From contig ONJD01000001.1 in the NCBI GenBank assembly GCA_900317985.1, positions 3,532 to 67,531 on the forward strand: DNA of 64,000 nt, written 5' to 3'. A program made the position numbers and the translations under genes. This stretch comes from an uncultured Eubacteriales bacterium. GTDB taxonomy: Bacteria; Bacillota; Clostridia; Oscillospirales; Acutalibacteraceae. Within the stretch, counting starts at the first letter, position 1. Each line of letters opens with the position of its first letter. Below are positions 62,441 to 64,000 of this stretch, one piece after another. Below the pieces are notes generated by a model. It was not told the DNA's origin, did no database searches, and saw only the letters and a list, made by a program, of their open reading frames with translations.

Positions 62441-62547
62441 GGCGGAAAACCTGTCCCCTCGGCAAAACCCCCGGAGCCCACAGCCCGACGGGCACTGCTG
62501 CGCAGCATACGTCCCGCCGGATTTTGCCTCATGGACAGTTTTCCGCC
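62441..62547 (-). other. 107-nt extended hairpin in the rib leader, between the riboswitch terminator and the ribD RBS
   Basis: Outer stem GGCGGAAAACCTGTCC / GGACAGTTTTCCGCC (one bulge). Second stem GGCAAAA..CCGG / CCGG.TTTTGCC. Apical palindrome TGCTGCGCAGCA. Confidence 0.6.
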
Positions 62548-62550
62548 TTA

Positions 62551-62591
62551 CCAAAATAGAAAAGCCTGAAACGTAGAACGCTTCAGGCTTT
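62551..62591 (-). terminator. FMN-riboswitch expression-platform terminator
   Basis: Reverse strand AAAGCCTGAA-gcgttctacgt-TTCAGGCTTT followed by TCTATTTTGG. Confidence 0.8.
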
Positions 62592-62638
62592 GATTTCGTA
62601 AAACTTCGCGACAAAGGACCCTGTTACAGGGCTTGTCA

Positions 62639-62748
62639 CGTCATCCTCTCTCATCCAGACTGTACTGTCGGTACCGGAATTCCACCGGTTCGTGCTTGCG
62701 CTTGCGGACTTTACCGCCGGTCGGGAAATGCTCCCTGCCTCGAAGACG
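62639..62748 (-). promoter_or_regulatory. FMN riboswitch (RFN element) aptamer
   Basis: Reverse strand CGUCUUCGAGGCAGGGAGCAUUUCCCGACCGGCGGUAAAGUCCGCAAGCGCAAGCACGAACCGGUGGAAUUCCGGUACCGACAGUACAGUCUGGAUGAGAGAGGAUGACG. It carries the conserved RFN blocks (GGCAGGG, CCGGCGGU, CCGCAAGC, CGGUG.AAUUCCGG.ACCGACAGUAUAGUCUGGAUG-like). It lies upstream of ribD. Confidence 0.92.
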
Positions 62749-62770
62749 TCGTATTCAATTGACTGTAACC

Positions 62771-62799
62771 ATTATAGGAGCATCTGCCGGTAACGTCAA
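62771..62799 (-). promoter_or_regulatory. Candidate rib operon promoter (TTGACG-17-TATAAT)
   Basis: Reverse strand: TTGACG (62794-99) and TATAAT (62771-76). The predicted TSS is about 15 nt before riboswitch P1. Confidence 0.7.
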
Positions 62800-62821
62800 T
62801 GCTCATTTTTTTGACCGGCCT

Positions 62822-63919
62822 TCAGACGATTTTCCTGATGCCGGGGATCTTCTTCAGGATCTCCGTGATCAGCCACGAAAACATGATCACCAGCGGGATG
62901 ACGACCGGAAATACCCATCCATGCTGATAAGGGCTTAGCGCCAGATAGCGGAATGCCACTTTCAGGAACAGGAAGTGGATCAAATAGATCCCAAAAGATG
63001 CCTTGTCAAAAGACAAAAGCACTTTCTGTCTTCCAGTCTGTTCTTTGACGTCGTATCCGGAGGACGATTTGTCCATCAAAATGAAAAGGCTGCCGGCCTG
63101 CAGTACGATCGGAACCGAATTATAACTCGTCAAAAAAGACAGCTTTGACTCCGGGTCTCCGACCATTGTGAATACAGAAACCCAGATCGCGATCGTGGAG
63201 ACTGCCAGAATCGCCCAAACACACATGCGTGGGATCGGAAGATCCCGATCATGCAGAGTGTATCCCAGAAAAAGATAAAAAGGATAAATGGTCGCGATCG
63301 AAAAACGATAATCGGTCGAGATACCCGCAATACCCAGAAGAGGGAATACGCTGAGAAAGACAAAACAAATCGCCAAAAAAGCGGCAATGTCGTTCTTTGA
63401 GCAGTTATCTGCGATTTTCTTGAAAAAGGGCATCAGCAGATAGAGACCAAACAGCATATAAAGGTACCACATATGGGCCCAGCTGTGTCCGGTCAACAGG
63501 TCGATCATACCGCAAAGGAACGCATATCCGATTCCGGAGCCTTCTCTGGGGTGCATCGTACAGAAAGCAGAGTTTCCAAGGGTTTCTGCAAAGCCATTCA
63601 TGACAAGGTCAAATACCAGAAACAGCGTTCCAAACAGAAGGATCGCCCCGCCGACACGGAAGATATACTTTTTCCATAACTTCTGCCAGGAGAAGTGTTT
63701 CTCATGATCCAAAAGGAGCGCTCCGGTCACCATGACAAAGAGCGGGACCGCCCACATGCAGGAGTACTGCACGAGGGACGCTCCGACCGTTTGAGCGGCC
63801 GTCAGAGAAAAGCCCTGCGAGCGGGCAGAGACCATGGAATAGGTCATTGCATGTAGAAATACGATCGCGACACATGCGAAAGACCGCATCCGGGAAAAAG
63901 AGTAATTCCAGTGATTCAT
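62822..63919 (-). CDS. Acyltransferase family 3 (membrane O-acyltransferase, OatA/WecH-like)
   Basis: About 365 aa, about 10 TM helices. N-terminal R..S....A.V.VFLHA pattern typical of Acyl_transf_3. Start is ATG 63919 (or TTG 63922). Visibly lower GC than its neighbours. Confidence 0.75.
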   Translation of the reverse strand: MNHWNYSFSRMRSFACVAIVFLHAMTYSMVSARSQGFSLTAAQTVGASLVQYSCMWAVPLFVMVTGALLLDHEKHFSWQKLWKKYIFRVGGAILLFGTLFLVFDLVMNGFAETLGNSAFCTMHPREGSGIGYAFLCGMIDLLTGHSWAHMWYLYMLFGLYLLMPFFKKIADNCSKNDIAAFLAICFVFLSVFPLLGIAGISTDYRFSIATIYPFYLFLGYTLHDRDLPIPRMCVWAILAVSTIAIWVSVFTMVGDPESKLSFLTSYNSVPIVLQAGSLFILMDKSSSGYDVKEQTGRQKVLLSFDKASFGIYLIHFLFLKVAFRYLALSPYQHGWVFPVVIPLVIMFSWLITEILKKIPGIRKIV

Positions 63920-64000
63920 CAATAAGTCATTGCTCCATCATCGATACAACCGGCATCGTTGTTTGACGCAGTCGTTCTGGGGGCAGTGGGGCGTGTCGTT

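Overview
This is a high-GC (about 60% by eye) Gram-positive-type chromosomal segment. It looks most like a Clostridia/Oscillospirales-like Firmicute: it has rnfCDGEAB, mcsAB, ylxR/ylxQ inside the nusA-infB operon, a Cheo-type SOS box, sigma-A-like -35/-10 promoters and hairpin+U terminators. All calls rest on motif and synteny recognition from the translated ORFs; no database search was possible.

The window is almost entirely conserved core genome. In order it contains:
- rimP-nusA-ylxR-ylxQ-infB-rbfA-nrnA-truB-ribF-rpsO
- proS, an orphan acpP, and GTP-dependent PEP carboxykinase
- a GT2 glycosyltransferase and mcsA-mcsB
- rnfCDGEAB and serC-serA
- two tandem MgtC-family genes and a lipoprotein
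- a walJ-like MBL hydrolase and rlmH, followed by two disordered membrane proteins
- murA, an alpha/beta hydrolase, an RluA-family synthase, and femX-like-murE
- valS, a trk K+ uptake cluster, trmL, and pgk-tpiA
- an OmpR-type two-component system, a DtxR/MntR-type regulator, and tRNA-Gly(CCC)
- mutarotase, amidase and a ThiE/TenI-like gene
- an SOS-boxed Y-family polymerase with a YolD-like partner, and a MOSC protein
- two tRNA-Ser genes and sbcCD
- an FMN-riboswitch-controlled ribD-ribE-ribBA-ribH operon that continues into a HAD hydrolase and two unknown genes
- a low-GC membrane acyltransferase at the right edge

I found no CRISPR array, transposase/integrase, prophage, toxin-antitoxin pair or recognisable defence module, so I cannot support a claim of a new multi-gene system here.

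The best unexplained signals are:
1. Two unannotatable genes plus a HAD phosphatase apparently carried on the FMN-riboswitch transcript.
2. A 107-nt rod-like hairpin between the riboswitch terminator and ribD.
3. A ~190-bp GC-rich, repeat-containing, highly self-complementary island inside a 680-bp non-coding spacer.
4. A 29-bp palindrome at the start of the rnf transcript.
5. A pair of Ser/Thr/Pro-rich bitopic proteins with acidic Tyr-rich tails.

The many long ORFs antisense to real genes are GC-driven shadow ORFs.
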